Positions 1 through 13,490 are shown, counted from the first letter of the stretch. The stretch is DNA of 64,000 nucleotides from Mobula birostris (GCF_030028105.1 NC_092382.1:28809792-28873791), one strand, 5' to 3'. Notes: generated from the letters alone by a model not told the origin. Translations and numbers: made by a program.

Positions 1-939
1 CATCTTGTAGGTGAGGGCATCGGGGACACTGGAGGTCTCCCCTCTAATTTGTAATGACTAGTGTGCGGAAAAATCTTGTGCTGTGCAATTTTTTGCCTGG
101 TGACAATGTGTGGGCACTAAATTTTATATTTTGAGCTATTCATTTTAACAGCTAGCAATCACTGTCAATAAAAACTTTGATGTCCTCTAGGTTTGATCAA
201 GTTCATCTGCACTCTCACATAACCTATGTAGCGGGCCTGTAGTGGGTAATGAAGGATTTTCTCACCACAGCTTTTGCACACTGTCCATATGTGATTTGCT
301 TGCTAAATGATGCTATAAAAAGGCAGATTTCAAATATCACTCCATTTCTTCCCACTTGCAAATTCTCCAGCAACTTTTGCATCACCACAATACACACAGG
401 TAACACCAGTTTCTGTATTGTACATAAATATTTCCCCTGAACCCTCCCCCAGGTGACTGACGGTGGTGAACTCAGTGATGGCAATGCCAATGAATATGAA
501 GGGAAGGGCAGTAGTCTGTCTCATTGGAGTCTGGCACATTTGTGATGTGAAAGCTACTTGTTGCCCAGGACAAGGTGTTTGATATCACTATGTACCCAGA
601 GAGAGTGGGACAAAACATGTTCTCACGGGTAGAAAGTCCAGAACAAGAGGGGGTGGAACAAGCAACAGACACAAAATGCTGGGGGAACTCAGCAGGCCAG
701 GCAGCATCTATGGAAAAGAGTACTAATGCTGAGTTCCTCCAGCAATTTGTGTGTGTTGCTCGGATTTCCAGCATCTGCAGATTTTCTCTTGTTTGTGACT
801 GGAGGCAGAACAAAGGTGATTTTCACAACAGCTGATGTAAAAGATTTTGTTCCCTTTCTCCGAGTTCCCGATCCTTGCATTTAGACAGCTGGAGCTCAGC
901 TCTGTCTGAGAGACCCATCGGTTCCCATTCCCTCATCAG

Positions 940-1700
940 CCGGAAGCTCCCCGGGGCCCGTGTACGGATGGTGGGGCTGAGAGAGAGGGAAGAGAGCAGG
1001 ACTGTCCCGGGATTGCGGGTCACGGAGTCCGGAGTCACAGCAACTACCCGAAGTCGGTGTTGAAAACGCCGCCCGGTGAGACCCCCAACCCGGAGATCCC
1101 TTCTCACCTCAACCGATCATCCGGGGCCTTTTGTGCCCCGCGCGCTGGTGAGCTCGAGCTTGGTCGGTTTAACGGCTGGGCTACTAATCACGTGACCAGC
1201 CCCTCCCCCACCACTGTCAACAGAGGAGTCACGCGCTGCGCTATTGCCATTGGTCCGAAGCGATGTCAATCACTGCTTCCAGCCAATAGCGGAGGTGGAC
1301 CAGCCGAGAGGGCGTTACCCCCGATGACTCCGTCTCCCGAACTTTCCGTCAGGGCGGGACAACCGTCAAAGTAAATGTCCGCTTTCTGATTTATTTCCAT
1401 TTCCCTCCGAGGGAAGTTGGGGCGTTTGTGAAGCGTCTCCTGCGGCCGGAGTCTGATGTGTCGCTGAGAGGTAGGAGGAGACCGCTCAGCCCGTCGGTTT
1501 GATGCCGGTTCCCCGGGGAGGGAGAGGATGAAGACGGTGAGAGAGGGGGCGGACAGGATGTTTGTCCCGGTGGGGACAGGAGGGGCTCATCTGTGGAAAT
1601 GTCTGAGCCCACGGTGGTGGCGATTCACCACATTGGGGGGCAAACACCGGCAGACTGTTGCCCTGCAAGCGGGGCCAATGGTCCGGGCAAAGTGACAATT
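940..1700. promoter_or_regulatory. CpG-island, probably bidirectional, promoter
   Basis: High CpG content. E-box TCACGTGA (~1188), CCAAT boxes (ATTGG ~1249, CCAAT ~1283), candidate donor GAG|GTAGGA ~1470. The left arm is an inverted paralog of 6815-7070; the right arm is an inverted paralog of 37335-37600. Confidence 0.65.
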
Positions 1701-1759
1701 ATTTGTGTTTTGTTGAGACTGTACCGGGAATATGGTGTAAAATCCCGCTCCCCACACTA

Positions 1760-2040
1760 ACACGGGTCACACAGACCAAAGAACAAACTGCCGGAGGAAC
1801 TCAGTGGGTCGGGCAGCATCTGTGGAGGGAAATGGACCGTCAACATTTCGGGCCGAGACCCTCCCTCTGGACTGAGAGTGGACGGGAAATAGTCAGAGAA
1901 AAGAGGTGAGGGGTGGGGATGGGGCAAGAGCTGGGGAGTGAGAGGTGGATCCAGGTGAGGGGGAGGTGGGAAGGTGGAAATAGTGACGGGGTGGGAGGTG
2001 AGTGGTTGGGGCAACACGGGGCTGCAGAAGATGGAAATTA
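1760..2040 (-). mobile_element. Penelope-like 3' end relic
   Basis: Pyrimidine-rich tract plus GGGTCTCGGCCCGAAA and GATGCTGCC...GAGTTCCTCC, homologous to 14920-15250. Confidence 0.6.
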
Positions 2041-2564
2041 ATTCCATAGAGGATTAACAAAGAGGTTAGAGAGTATTTGTTATAGAGAGTGCAATGAAGA
2101 TTCACCAGACTGATCCCTGGAGTGGTGGGTCATCATATGAAGAAGGATCAAATGTGATAACCCTTTCATTTAGAGAATCGAGGACTGAGAGATGAAGACA
2201 TTGAAATGCACAATATCATTACCGGTTGAACCAGGGATCCCAGTCTCTGAAAATGGGGGTGGACTGTCCGGGACTGAGATGAGGGGAAATGTCTCCACTC
2301 CGAGGGTCGTGAATGTCTGTAAATCCCCACCACAGAGGCCGATGAAGACTCAGTGATCGTCCTCACATAAAACAGAGGCCAGCAGATGTGTGGAGACCGG
2401 AGGGATCGATGAAATGAGGATCGGGCAGAAACATGTGGCTGAGATGAGAGAGCTGCCACCATTCTGTTGATGGTTAGAGGGGCTGAATGGCCACCTCCTG
2501 CTGTTTCTCACTTGGTGTTTCAGTGTTCCTGTCCAGTGAGGCAGGAGGAATGTGAATAGAAATT

Positions 2565-3705
2565 AGAAACATAGAAAAACTACAGCAGAACATAGGCCCC
2601 TCAGCCACAATGCTGTGCTGAATATATCCTTACCTCAGAAATTACCTAGGGTTACCCATAGCCCCCTATTTTTCTAACTTCCATGTCCAGGAGTCTCTTG
2701 AAAGACCCTATCATATCCACCTCCACCACCGTCACTGGAAGCCCATTCCACACACTCACCACTCTCTGCGTAAAAAAACTTGCCCAGACATCTGCTCTGT
2801 ACCTACACCCCAGTACCTTAAACCTGTGTCCTCTTGTGGCAAATATTTCAGCCCTGGGAAAAAGCCTCTGACTATCCACAAGATCAATGCCTCTCATCAT
2901 CTTATACACCTCTATCAGGTCACCGCTCATCCTCCGTCACCCCAAGGAGAAAAGGCCATGTTCACTCAACCTATTCTCATAAGGCATGCTCCCCAATCCA
3001 GGCAACATCCTTGTAAATCTCTTCTGCACTCTTTCTATGGTTTCCACGTCCTTCCTGTAGTGATGCGAACAGAACTGAGCACCGTACTCCAAGTGGGGTT
3101 GACCAGGGTCCTATTTAGCTGTAACACTACCTCTCAGCTCCTAAACTCAATCCGAGGGTTGATTAACGCCAATGCACCGTACGCCTTCTTAACCACAGAG
3201 TCAACCTGCGTAGCAGCTTTGAGTGACTTATGGACTCTGACCACAAGATGCCTCTGATCCTCCACACTGCCAAGAGTCTTACCATTAATACTATATTCTG
3301 CCATCATATTTGACCTACCAAAGTGAACCACCTCACACTTGTCTGTGTTGAATTCCATCTTCTACTTCTCAGCCCAGTTTTGCATCCTATCAATGTCTGC
3401 TGTAATCTCTGACAGCCCTCCACACTATCCACAACACCTCCAACCTTTGTGTCATCAGCAAATTTACTAACCCATCTGTCCACTTCCTCATCCAGATCAC
3501 TTATAAAAATCACGAAGAGTAGGGGTCCCAGAACAGATCCTTGAGGCACACCACTGGTCACCGACCTCCATGCAGAATATGACCTGTCTACAACCACTCT
3601 TTGCCTTCTGTGGGCAAGCCAGCTCTTGATCCACAAAGCAATCTCCCCTTGGATCCCAGGCTTCCTTACTTTCTCAATAAGCCTTGCATGGTGTACCTTA
3701 TCAAA
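2565..3705 (-). mobile_element. CR1 LINE 3' fragment
   Basis: [37 protein letters not shown]; TTCTATG-type tail. Confidence 0.9.
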
Positions 3706-4136
3706 TCAAATGTTCTTCTGATGTTCGCCTTAAACTAGACTGGTGTTTAATATTGTGGATCTGTAAAAGATAAATCAGTTCTGTTTCAAATCTCATGTCA
3801 CAGATACTTACTGTCTCTGCCGCACTCACTCTGTACACTAGAGAGGCCACTCAGTCCGTCTGGTCCCTGCCCATGTTTCTGTTCCATATCAGTATTGTAA
3901 AATCTAGCCCTGTTGTTCACTTCACCTCTCACTCTCCCCATGATGACAGGTTGCAACTCGTCACTACTCTGCAGGAGAAGAGATTTCCCTTGAATTTCAT
4001 AGAATCAGGAATCTAGAGCAGATTACAGGCCCCTCGGCTCACAATGTTGTGCCAATCATGTAACCTACTCCAGAAACTGCCTGGAATTTCCCGACCGCAT
4101 TGCCCTCTATTTTCCTAAGCTCCATATACCTGTCTA

Positions 4137-5634
4137 TTGGTAATCATTTTCCAATGTTCTATAGATTCAGGATCAGTTCCTGTGGATTGGAGGGTAGCTA
4201 ATGTTATCCCACTTTTGAAGAAAGGAGGGAGAGAGAAAACAGGCAATTATAGACCAGTTAGTCTGACATCAGTGGTGGGGAAGATGCTGGAATCAATTGT
4301 AAAAGATGTAATAGCGGCACATTTGGATAGCAGTGGCAGGATAGGTCCGAGTCAGCATGGATTTACGATGGGGAAATCATGCTTGACTAATCTTCTGGAA
4401 TTTTTTGAGAACATAACTATGAAAATGGACATGGGAAAGCCAATGGATGTAGTGTACCTGGACTTTCAGAAAGCCTTTGATAAAGTCCCACATAGGAGGT
4501 TAGTGTGCAAAATTAGAGCAAATGGTATTGGGGGTAGGGTACTGACATGGATAGAAAATTGGTTAGTAGACAGGAAACAAACAGTAGCGATTAATGGCAG
4601 AATGGCAGGCGATGACCAGTGGGGTACCGCAGGGTTCAGTGCTGGGACCACAGCCGTTTACAATATATATTAATGATTTGGATGAAGGGATTAAAACATC
4701 ACCAAGTTTTCTGATGACACAAAGCTGGGTGACAGTGTGAAATGTGAGCAGGACATATGAGAATGCAGGGTGACTTGGACAGGCTGGGTGAGTGGGCGGA
4801 TGCATAGCAGATGCAGTTTAATGTGGATAAATGTGAGGTTATCCACTTTGCTGGCAAGAACAGGAAGGCAGATTACTATCTAAATGGTGTCAAGTTAGGA
4901 AAAGGGGAAGTACAACAAGATCTAGGTGTTCTTGTACATCAGTCACTGAAAGCAAGCATGCAGGTACAGCAGACAGTGAAGCAAGCTAATGGCATGCTGG
5001 CCTTCATAACAAGAGGAATTGAGTATTAGAGCAAAGAAGTCCTTCTGCAGTTGTACAGGGCCCTGGTGAAACCACACCTGGAGTACTGTGTGCAGTTTTG
5101 GTCTCCAGATTTGAGGAAGGACATTCATGCTATTGAGGGAGTGCAGCGTAGGTTCACAAGATTAATTCCCAGGATGGCGGGACTGTCATATGTTGAAAGA
5201 TTTGAGCGATTGGGCTTGTATACTCTGGAATTTAGAGGGATGAGAGGGGATCTTATTGAAACATATAAGATTATTAAGGGATTGGACACGCTGGAGGCAG
5301 GAAGCATGTTCCCGCTGATGGGTGAGTCCAGAACCAGAGGCCACAGTTTAAGAATAAGGGGTAAGCCATTTAGAACAGAGTTGAGGAAAAACTTTTTCAC
5401 CCAGAGAGTGGTGGATATATGGAATGTTCTGCCCCAGAAGGCTGTGGAGGCCAAGTCTCTGGATGCTCTCAAGAAAGAGATGGATAGAGCTCTTAAAGAT
5501 AGAGGAATCAAAGGTTATGGGGAGAAGGCAGGAACTGGATACTGATTGTGGATGATCAGCCATGATCACAGTGAAAGGTGGTTCTGACTCAAAGGGCTGA
5601 ATGGCCTACTCCTGCACCTATTGTCGATTGTCTA
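4137..5634 (+). mobile_element. CR1 LINE ORF2 fragment nested in an older CR1
   Basis: DWRVANVIP..NYRPVSLTS..QHGF..YLDFQKAFDKVPH..GDLIETYKI. Flanked by TGTCTA and absent in the paralog at ~50895. Confidence 0.9.
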
Positions 5635-6619
5635 AGTGTCTTAAAAGACCCTATTGTATCCACGTCTACCAATGTCTCTGGCTGTGCATTCCACACACCC
5701 ACCACTCTTTGACATCTCCTGTGTGCCTGCTTCCAAGCACCTTAAAACTATGCCCCTCGTGTTAGGCATTTCAGCCCTGGGAAAAAGCCTCTGGCTATCC
5801 ACACGACCAATATCTCTCATCATCTTATACACCTGCATGAATTCCCTGCATGATTTTCTCCAGGCTGAATAAGACGATGAGCTCCCTGTGTATTTGAAGT
5901 TCTTCAGTGCTGTGAAATAATTTAGCTAAACTCCTTCTTCGCTGCTCTTTTCAACGTTTTCAGTCATTTTCACTCATTTCAAAGGACTGTGCCTCAGACA
6001 GCTGGGTTGTTGCAATGCGCCTCCAAAGTCTGACAGCAGACTAGCAAATGAATCTTCGATGGAGCAGATTCAGAAACCAATGAGATGCTGGCCTGAGTCA
6101 GGGCTTTGAGGCTCCAGAGAGCGATGGGGTCTAAAGTTTATGGAGAGGAGGAGGAATCTGACCAGCAGGATGTGCCTATAAATGAAAGATAAGAAACATT
6201 TAGAAACATTGATTGAAAAAAAAAGTGGGTTCTGCAAAATACTGGAATAAATCAGCAGATCAGGCAACGAATGTGGAGAGGAATAAATAGACAACATTCA
6301 GGCCGAACCCCTTCAGCATGCCTACGCTGTGTACTCCTCTGCTTAGTCGCTGCCTGAACTGCAGAGTTCCTCCAGCATTTTGTGTGTGTATGTCTCTGTA
6401 CTTCCAGCAACTGCAGAATCTCTTGTGTTTTATATCTACATTTGTAAGAGGATTGTACTTTGGCATTAGATACACGCTGATATTGAGTATATTGTTTATG
6501 GGAGCCGCTTTCTGCGTTAAAACAGCTGCTGAATTTTCTATACACACAAAAAAAAGCTATGGACGTGGAACTGGTGCTTGCAGAAACTTTTAATGGCACC
6601 GTGATTACCAATAAAGCCC

Positions 6620-7070
6620 TGCGATATAAAGTTCGCCGTCGCCGAAGCACCGATCAAATGCGCAAGCGTCAGGGCTGTTCCGTTGCCGAATATCACGCAT
6701 GCGCGCAGTACACGCTAAGCTTAAGGAGATCGGCTGTAGGGAGACTGTTGCGGGGTGGGGAGAAGGGAGGTTGGTGGGGTTTCAACACCGACTTCGGGAC
6801 AGTTGCTGTGAGCTCCGGACTCCGTGACCCGAAATCCTGGGACAGTCCTGCTCTCTTCCCTCTCTCTCAGCCCCACGATCCGTACACGGGCCCCGGGGAG
6901 CTTCCGGCTGATGAGGGAATGGGAACCGATGGGTCTCTCAGACAGAGCTGAGCTCCAGCTGTCTAAATGCAAGGATCGGGAACTCGGAGAAAGGGAACAA
7001 AATCTTTTACATCAGCTGTTGTGAAAATCACCTTTGTTCTGCCTCCAGTCACAACCAAGAGAAAATCAGC
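6620..7070 (+). promoter_or_regulatory. CpG promoter / 5' region of ZF-A with NRF1-like motif
   Basis: CGCATGCGCG at 6696-6705 in a CpG-rich patch. Conserved in the paralogs at 52.0 kb (+) and 49.1 kb (-). Confidence 0.6.
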
Positions 7071-7074
7071 AGAG

Positions 7075-10000
7075 AGGGCACAGTTTTAAGGTGCTTGGAA
7101 GTCGGTACGAAGGAGATGTCAGGGGTGTTGTGTTCTTTATACGTACCGTGGGTTACTAATAACAAACCATATTCTGCAGAATTGAACTTCTACTTAACAG
7201 CAGCAAAACCACGTCTTACACTGCCATGCTTCTCTATCATTCTTCATTTCTGCTCATGTTAGGAACTCTGTCCTGACACGTCCTGACACGTGATATCACC
7301 ACAAGGGGTAAGTTTTTTTTACACAGAGTGGTGAGTGCGTGGAATGGGCTGCGGCAGCTGTGATGAAGCCGGATAAAATGGGGTCTTTTAAGAGGATCCT
7401 GGATAGGTACATGGCACGTAGAAAAATACAGGGCTATGGGGAACTCTAGGGAATTTCTGAAGTAAGTAATGTCTGGCACAGCATTGTGGGCCAAAGGGCC
7501 TGTATTGTGTTGTATAAATGGGGAAGTCACTTACCCATGACCTCTGGTTGTTGTCCCACCCAACATCAGTGGAAAAAGCTGCTTGCATTTACCCTATCTA
7601 TACCCTCATAATTTTGCCTACTTCCAACAAAGCCTTTTTTTAGGTGAATAAGATGATGAGGGGCATTGATCATGTGGATAGCCAGAGGCTTTTCCCAGGG
7701 CTGAAATGGCTAACACGAGGGGCATAGTTTTAAGCTGCTTGGAAATAGATACCTAGGGGATGTCAGGGGTAAGTTTTTTTTACACAGAGAGTGGTGGGTG
7801 TGTGGAATGCACTGCCAGCAGTGGTGGCCGAGGCAGATAAAATAGGGTCTTTTAACAGCCTCTTAGATAGGTACATGGAGCTTAGAAACATAGAGGTCTA
7901 TGTGCTAGGGAAATTCCAGGCAGTTTCCAGAGTAAGTTTCATGGTTGGAACAACATTGTGGGCTGAATGGCCTGGAATATGCTGTAGATTTCTATGTTCT
8001 ATGTTGAACAGTGAAATAACTTTGGCTATCCTACAATCCTCTGATAACTCTCCCGTCACTAAGGATGAATTAATTATCTCTGCTGGGGCCCCGACGATTT
8101 CTGCACTTGCCTCCCATGGGGACCGAGGGCGCACCTTGTCATGCCCTGGAGATTTATCCACTCTCTTCTTTAATCTGTACAGGGTCCACGATTTTAATGC
8201 CGCTTTTCCACACTCTCATTGACACTGTGTCCATCTGAGTAAATAGAAATGAAAAAAATATTTAAGATCTCCCCCATCTGCTTTGGTTCCAGCCATGGAT
8301 TGCCATTCCGGTCTTCCAGAGGACCAACTTTGTGCCTTGCAATCCTTTTGCTTTTAATCTATCTCCAGAATCCCTGAGGATTATCCTTCATCTTTTCTGC
8401 AAGGGGAATCTCATGCCTTCATTCAGCCCTCCTGATTTATTTCTTATACTCCATTTCAACCTGCCTGCCTATCCCTGTTATGCAACTCCATTTTGTGCTT
8501 CATCAGGGTCTCAATATCTCTTGAAATCTAAGGTTCCCTACAGTTTCTATCTTTACCTTTTATTCTGACAAGCACATACACGCTTTGTACTTTCAAAATT
8601 TCGCTTAGAAGGCCTCAATTTACCAAGCACACCTTTGCCATAAAGCAGCCTGTCCCAGGCCACAGTTGCCAGATCCTAGTGTCATAATTCCAGGTGTTGA
8701 TCCATGCCCTGAACACATCTGCCTTTCCTACGCTGCTCCTTGTATTGAAATATACAGGGCTCAGCATATTCACTGCACCATGCTCAACTTTTTCATTCCT
8801 GACTTTGTCTGAGGACTGAACAACAACTGTCTCCGCAAACCCTGCACTATCTATTCTGTTATTCAGGCTCCCATTCCCCCTGCAACTTCAGTTTGACCCT
8901 CCCCCACCACCACTTCCCATAGCAGCTCTATCACCCCTTTGGCTTTCATCTCCCAGATCAATAAAAAGGAGGTGCATACCTGGTACAGGCAGATTGGAAC
9001 AAATGGGGTACTTGTGAGCTACAGGAAATTCAAGTGAACACTTATGAAAGACAAAGGCGGCATGAGGTTACCCCAGCAGGCAAGATGAAGGAGAATCCTC
9101 ATGGATTCTGCAGATATGTTAAGAGTGAAAAGATTGCAAGGGAAAAAATTAATCCTCTGCAAGATCAGAATGGTAATCCATATGAGGAGACAAAATAGAT
9201 GTGGGAGATTTTTTTTTACTCACGAGATGAACACAGAGTCTATAGAAGTGAGGCAAAGCAGCATCAAATTCCTAGACCCTGTACAGATTACAGAGGTGGA
9301 ATATGGGAGGTGGATCAAGAAGGTTTGGTCACTCAGCACTCAAGATGAGATACTAAATTGGATGAGACACTGTCTTTGGGAGAAGCCAGTGTGTGGTAGC
9401 AGATGGCTGCCTCTTGACTGCATCCTGTGACTAGCGGTGTGCCACAGGGATCAGTGCTGTATCTGTTATTGTTTGTCATCTATATCAGTAATCTGGATGA
9501 TAGGGTGGTTAACTGGATCAGAAAATTTGTAGCTGACACCAAGATTGGTGGTGTAGTCGTCAGCGAGGAAGAGTATCATGGTTTGCAGTATGATCTGGAC
9601 CAGCTGGGAAAATGGTTTGGGAAATGGAAAATGTAATTTAATGCAGACAAGTGTGAGGTATTGCACTTTGGTATGACCTACCAAGGGAGGTCTTTCACAG
9701 TGACTGGTCAGGCATGGAGGAGTATTGTAGTAAGAAAGGGTCCTGGGAATACAAGTCTTTAATTCACTGAAAGTGGTATCACAGTTAGATAGAGACAGAA
9801 AGAAAGATTTCAGCCCATTGGCCTTCATGAACTAGAGTAGTGACAACAATAGACGGATGTTATGTTGACTTGTAGAAGGCACTGGTGAAGCCTAATTTGG
9901 AGTATTGTGTGCGGTTTTGGTTACCAACCTACAGGAAAGATGTAAAAGAGGTTCAGAGAAAATTCACAAGGATGTTGCCAGGTCTGTAGGACTTGAGTTA

Positions 10001-10350
10001 TAAGGAAAGATCGAACAGGTCAGGACTTTATTCCTTGGAATGTAGAAGACTGAGGGGAGATTTGATTGGGGTATACCACTATTATGAGGGACATAGATAG
10101 GGATTTTACCACTGAGATGGTGTGGGACTACAACCAGAGGCCATGGGTTAAGGGGGAAAGGTAAAACGTTAAGGGGAACATGAGGGGAAACTTCTTCGCA
10201 CCGACGATCATCCGGGTGTGGAATGAGCAAAGAGCACAAGTGGTGCATGCAAGCACGATTTCAACATTTAAGAGGTTTGAGTAGGTGCCTGGATGGTAGG
10301 GGTATGGGAGTGGGCAGTTTAAATAGTTCAGCACAAACCAGATGGCCCAA
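7075..10350. mobile_element. Mosaic of decayed CR1 fragments, both strands (ZF-A intron); duplicate at 52410-56580
   Basis: [18 protein letters not shown], 3' UTR tails. Confidence 0.75.
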
Positions 10351-11224
10351 GAACCTGAAATAATACAAAAATTCACTTTAAGTCCTTTTCACAGCTGTGC
10401 AGACCAACCATTCATCTCAGCAGGAATTTTTTTATATGGCGTTAACACTGTGGCACTTTAAGTTAATCATACGTAAAAGAAAATCCCAAATGCATGTCAA
10501 GGAAGACTATTTGTGTGATACTGTTTCAGTTACTGTGGGGCCAGGCACCCATGCTGCTCAGCAGGAGCAGGGAATAATACCAATGGAGAGAGTCAGACTG
10601 AGCCAAGTCACAGATTGGAGATGGCAGAAATGCTCCATTCTTATAGAGACAGGAAGAGCATCAGGGAATTGATGGCCATTCCAGATACCAGCACTGTGCC
10701 CATGCAGAAGATGATTTCTCTGTCCATCTTGGGTTGAATCTCACTGTTACAGTGTGATACCAGATCAAACCTTGGCAACTCAAGTAATCTCATCTGAAAT
10801 GTTGTCCTACACACACTAATGGATTTTGTTATTCTTTTTACAGATTAAAAATGAGAAGGAATTTGTCCCCAGGAATCTCAAACACGACTCGCCAGTTTTG
10901 CTGTCTCTGTCTAGACATTTAAGAAAAGGAGCAAGGGATTCAATCAGCCATCCTTCCTGCTCAGAAGGTGGGGAGGGATTCACTCGTTCATTTGACCAAT
11001 TGGTACACCCATTATTTTACACAGGGGAGAGGCCGATCACGTGCTCGGACAGTGGGAATGGATTTACTCGGTCATCACAACTGAAGTTACATCAGCAAGT
11101 TCACACTGGACAAGGCCATTCATCTATTCTGTGTGTGAGGAAGGATTCAGTCGGTCTTCCCACCTGTCGACACACCAGCATCTGCTGAATTTGTGGGAAA
11201 GGATTCACTCAGTCATCTGACACA

Positions 11225-12277
11225 ATGGCTCACCAGCGTGTTTACACTGGCGAGCGGCCGTTCACCTGCTCAGACTGTGGGAAGGAATTCACTGAGTCAT
11301 CCAACCTAATGGCACATCAGCGAGTTCACACTGGGGAGAAGCCGTTCACGTGCTCAGTCTGTGGGAAGAGATTCACTTGGTTATCCACACTACAGAGTCA
11401 TCAGCGAGTTCACACTGGGGAGAAGCCATTCACCTGCTCAGTCTGTGGGAAGAGATTCACTGATTCATCCAACCTACAGAGACATCAGCGAGTTCACACT
11501 GGGGAGAAGCCGTTCACCTGCTCAGTCTGTGGGAAGAGATTCACTGATTCATCCACCGTACAGAGTCATCAGCGAGTTCACACTGGGGAGAAGCCGTTCA
11601 CCTGTTCAGAATGTGGGAAGGGATTCACTCAGTTATCCAAACTACAGATTCATCAGCGAGTTCACACTGGGGAGAAGCCATTCACCTGCTCAGAATGTGG
11701 GAAGGGATTCACTCAGTTATCCGCCCTGCAGAGACATCAGCGAGTTCACACTGGGGAGAAGCCGTTCACCTGCTCAGTCTGTGGGAAGAGATTCACTGAT
11801 TCATCCAACCTACAGAGACACCAATTAGTTCACACAGGGGAGAAGCCGTTCACCTGCTCAGTCTGTGGGAAGAGATTCACTGATTCATCCACCCTACAGA
11901 GTCATCAGCGAGTTCACACTGGGGAGAAGCCATTCACCTGCTCAGAATGTGGGAATGTATTCACTCGGTCATCCCAACTACTGGCACACCAGTCAGTTCA
12001 CACTGGGGAGTGGCCGTTTACCTGCTCAGAATGTGGGAAAGGATTCACTCAATCGTCCACCCTACTGACACATCTGCGAGTTCACACTGGGGAAAAACCG
12101 TTCACCTGCTCAGTCTGTGGGAAGAGATTCACTCAGTCATCCAACCTACAGAGACATCAGCGAGTTCACACTGGGGAGAAGCCATTCACCAGCTCAGAAC
12201 GTGGGAAAGGATTCACTCAGTCATCCAACCTACTGGCACACCAGTCAGTTCACAATGGGGAGTGGCCATTGTTATGA
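11225..12277 (+). CDS. Tandem C2H2 zinc-finger protein (ZF-A), 11 intact fingers plus 1 degenerate C-terminal finger
   Basis: 350-aa ORF of repeated CxxC-x12-HxxxH units with TGEKPF linkers. The stop TGA (12275-12277) lies inside a downstream LTR. The upstream part of the exon (acceptor AG 10842-10843) has frameshifted or stopped degenerate fingers. Confidence 0.9.
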   Translation: MAHQRVYTGERPFTCSDCGKEFTESSNLMAHQRVHTGEKPFTCSVCGKRFTWLSTLQSHQRVHTGEKPFTCSVCGKRFTDSSNLQRHQRVHTGEKPFTCSVCGKRFTDSSTVQSHQRVHTGEKPFTCSECGKGFTQLSKLQIHQRVHTGEKPFTCSECGKGFTQLSALQRHQRVHTGEKPFTCSVCGKRFTDSSNLQRHQLVHTGEKPFTCSVCGKRFTDSSTLQSHQRVHTGEKPFTCSECGNVFTRSSQLLAHQSVHTGEWPFTCSECGKGFTQSSTLLTHLRVHTGEKPFTCSVCGKRFTQSSNLQRHQRVHTGEKPFTSSERGKGFTQSSNLLAHQSVHNGEWPLL

Positions 12278-13490
12278 ATCCCTAGATTTCGTTTCCTGTG
12301 GACTGTTATTTTGAGAGAGAGAGAGAGAGATTAAGAATGGAAATCAGTCTGACTTGCAGCTTGTTTACATCACTCACAGCTTGTTTAGTTTTAACCGAGG
12401 ACACAGACACTCAGAGTCAGACTGAGATGAAGGAGGAAAAATGGAAGGATCAAAACAAGGGAACTGGTGGCCAAGGGTCACTGTAGAGAACTTTCCTATG
12501 CCCACAAGGGTGGGTTAATTATCGATTCAGCGAACATCAAATGTGAGGTTGTCACCTCATTTGATCCATACGAGTGGATCTGATTTGGGGTATCCTGTGA
12601 AGACCACTTATGTGTTAACCCTTGCCTGGGTGTGGTGTGGGAATTCACTTGAAGACGATACCTCTTGTGACAAGTCACCTTCAGTGATAATTTGTATGTG
12701 GATTTGGAACGACGATGGATAAAATCTACAGCGACTGTTCTTTCGTTTTACCACTGTGGAATTCGACAGAATTGCCTTCTCTTGACATTTACCCTGCACT
12801 ACAAATATCTCTCTCTCATCACCTATTCTGTGGTTGAACTGAACTTTCATAGTTCACCATCTCAAGACTCCAAGCCTTGTTTCCCCTGAGCTCAATAGTT
12901 TGGGAGTTATATTTACACACAAGTACACATAACACTGTTAACTTTTGTTTATCTTGCTAATTACTATATTGTTAGTAGATACGAATAAAGGTAGTGGATG
13001 TAACATCAAAAACAGACTCTAAGGGTAGTCTATTGCGTCTGGCTCATTTCTAAAGCGTTACGGTTCATAACAAAATTTGGGCTTGCATCCGGGATATGAA
13101 CAGATTTGAGGGCGTATTGATTAATTATCGATTTCATTCGAGAAATCCCTTTTGATTTATTTGTGTGTGGAAAATCAGCAGGAATGGATGTTGATAGATT
13201 TCTGGAAGCACCAGCCTCTGAGGCGTTAGAGGACACCAGAAGGATTGAGTTGTTGAGTATTGCTAAAAGGTTAAAACTTGCTAAGGTGAAATCGACAATG
13301 AGGAGGTCACAGATGCAGAGGATAATAGCTGAACATTATGTATCTGAGGGTGTGTTTAAAGTGGAGGAGTTGGAGGTGTTTCCTGGAAGTAAACCAAGTG
13401 AGCTTAGGCTCCCGTACAAGTTAGAAAAATTAAAGATGGAGGCTGTGGAAAGGCAGAGGCAGGTTGAGGCTGGACAGGCAGGAAAACAGC
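12270..13490 (+). mobile_element. Truncated Gmr1-like element (copy 1): LTR 12270-13072, PBS and 5' gag fragment
   Basis: Perfect 9-bp inverted termini TGTTATGAA...TTCATAACA. AATAAA at 12984. PBS-like TTGGGCTTGCATCCGGGAT. The gag start (MDVDRFLEAP..., 13184) matches 59590. Cut off by a CR1 fragment at ~13490. Confidence 0.85.

Noticed and set aside
10844-11224. KRAB, SCAN or BTB effector domain for the ZF genes
   Set aside because: No recognisable motif found in any frame upstream of the fingers within this window.
11361-12314. Alternative-frame ORFs over the ZF arrays (GRDSL..., WEGIH...; also at 20.3-21.7 kb and 57.6-58.8 kb)
   Set aside because: Well-known shadow frames of 84-bp C2H2 repeats.
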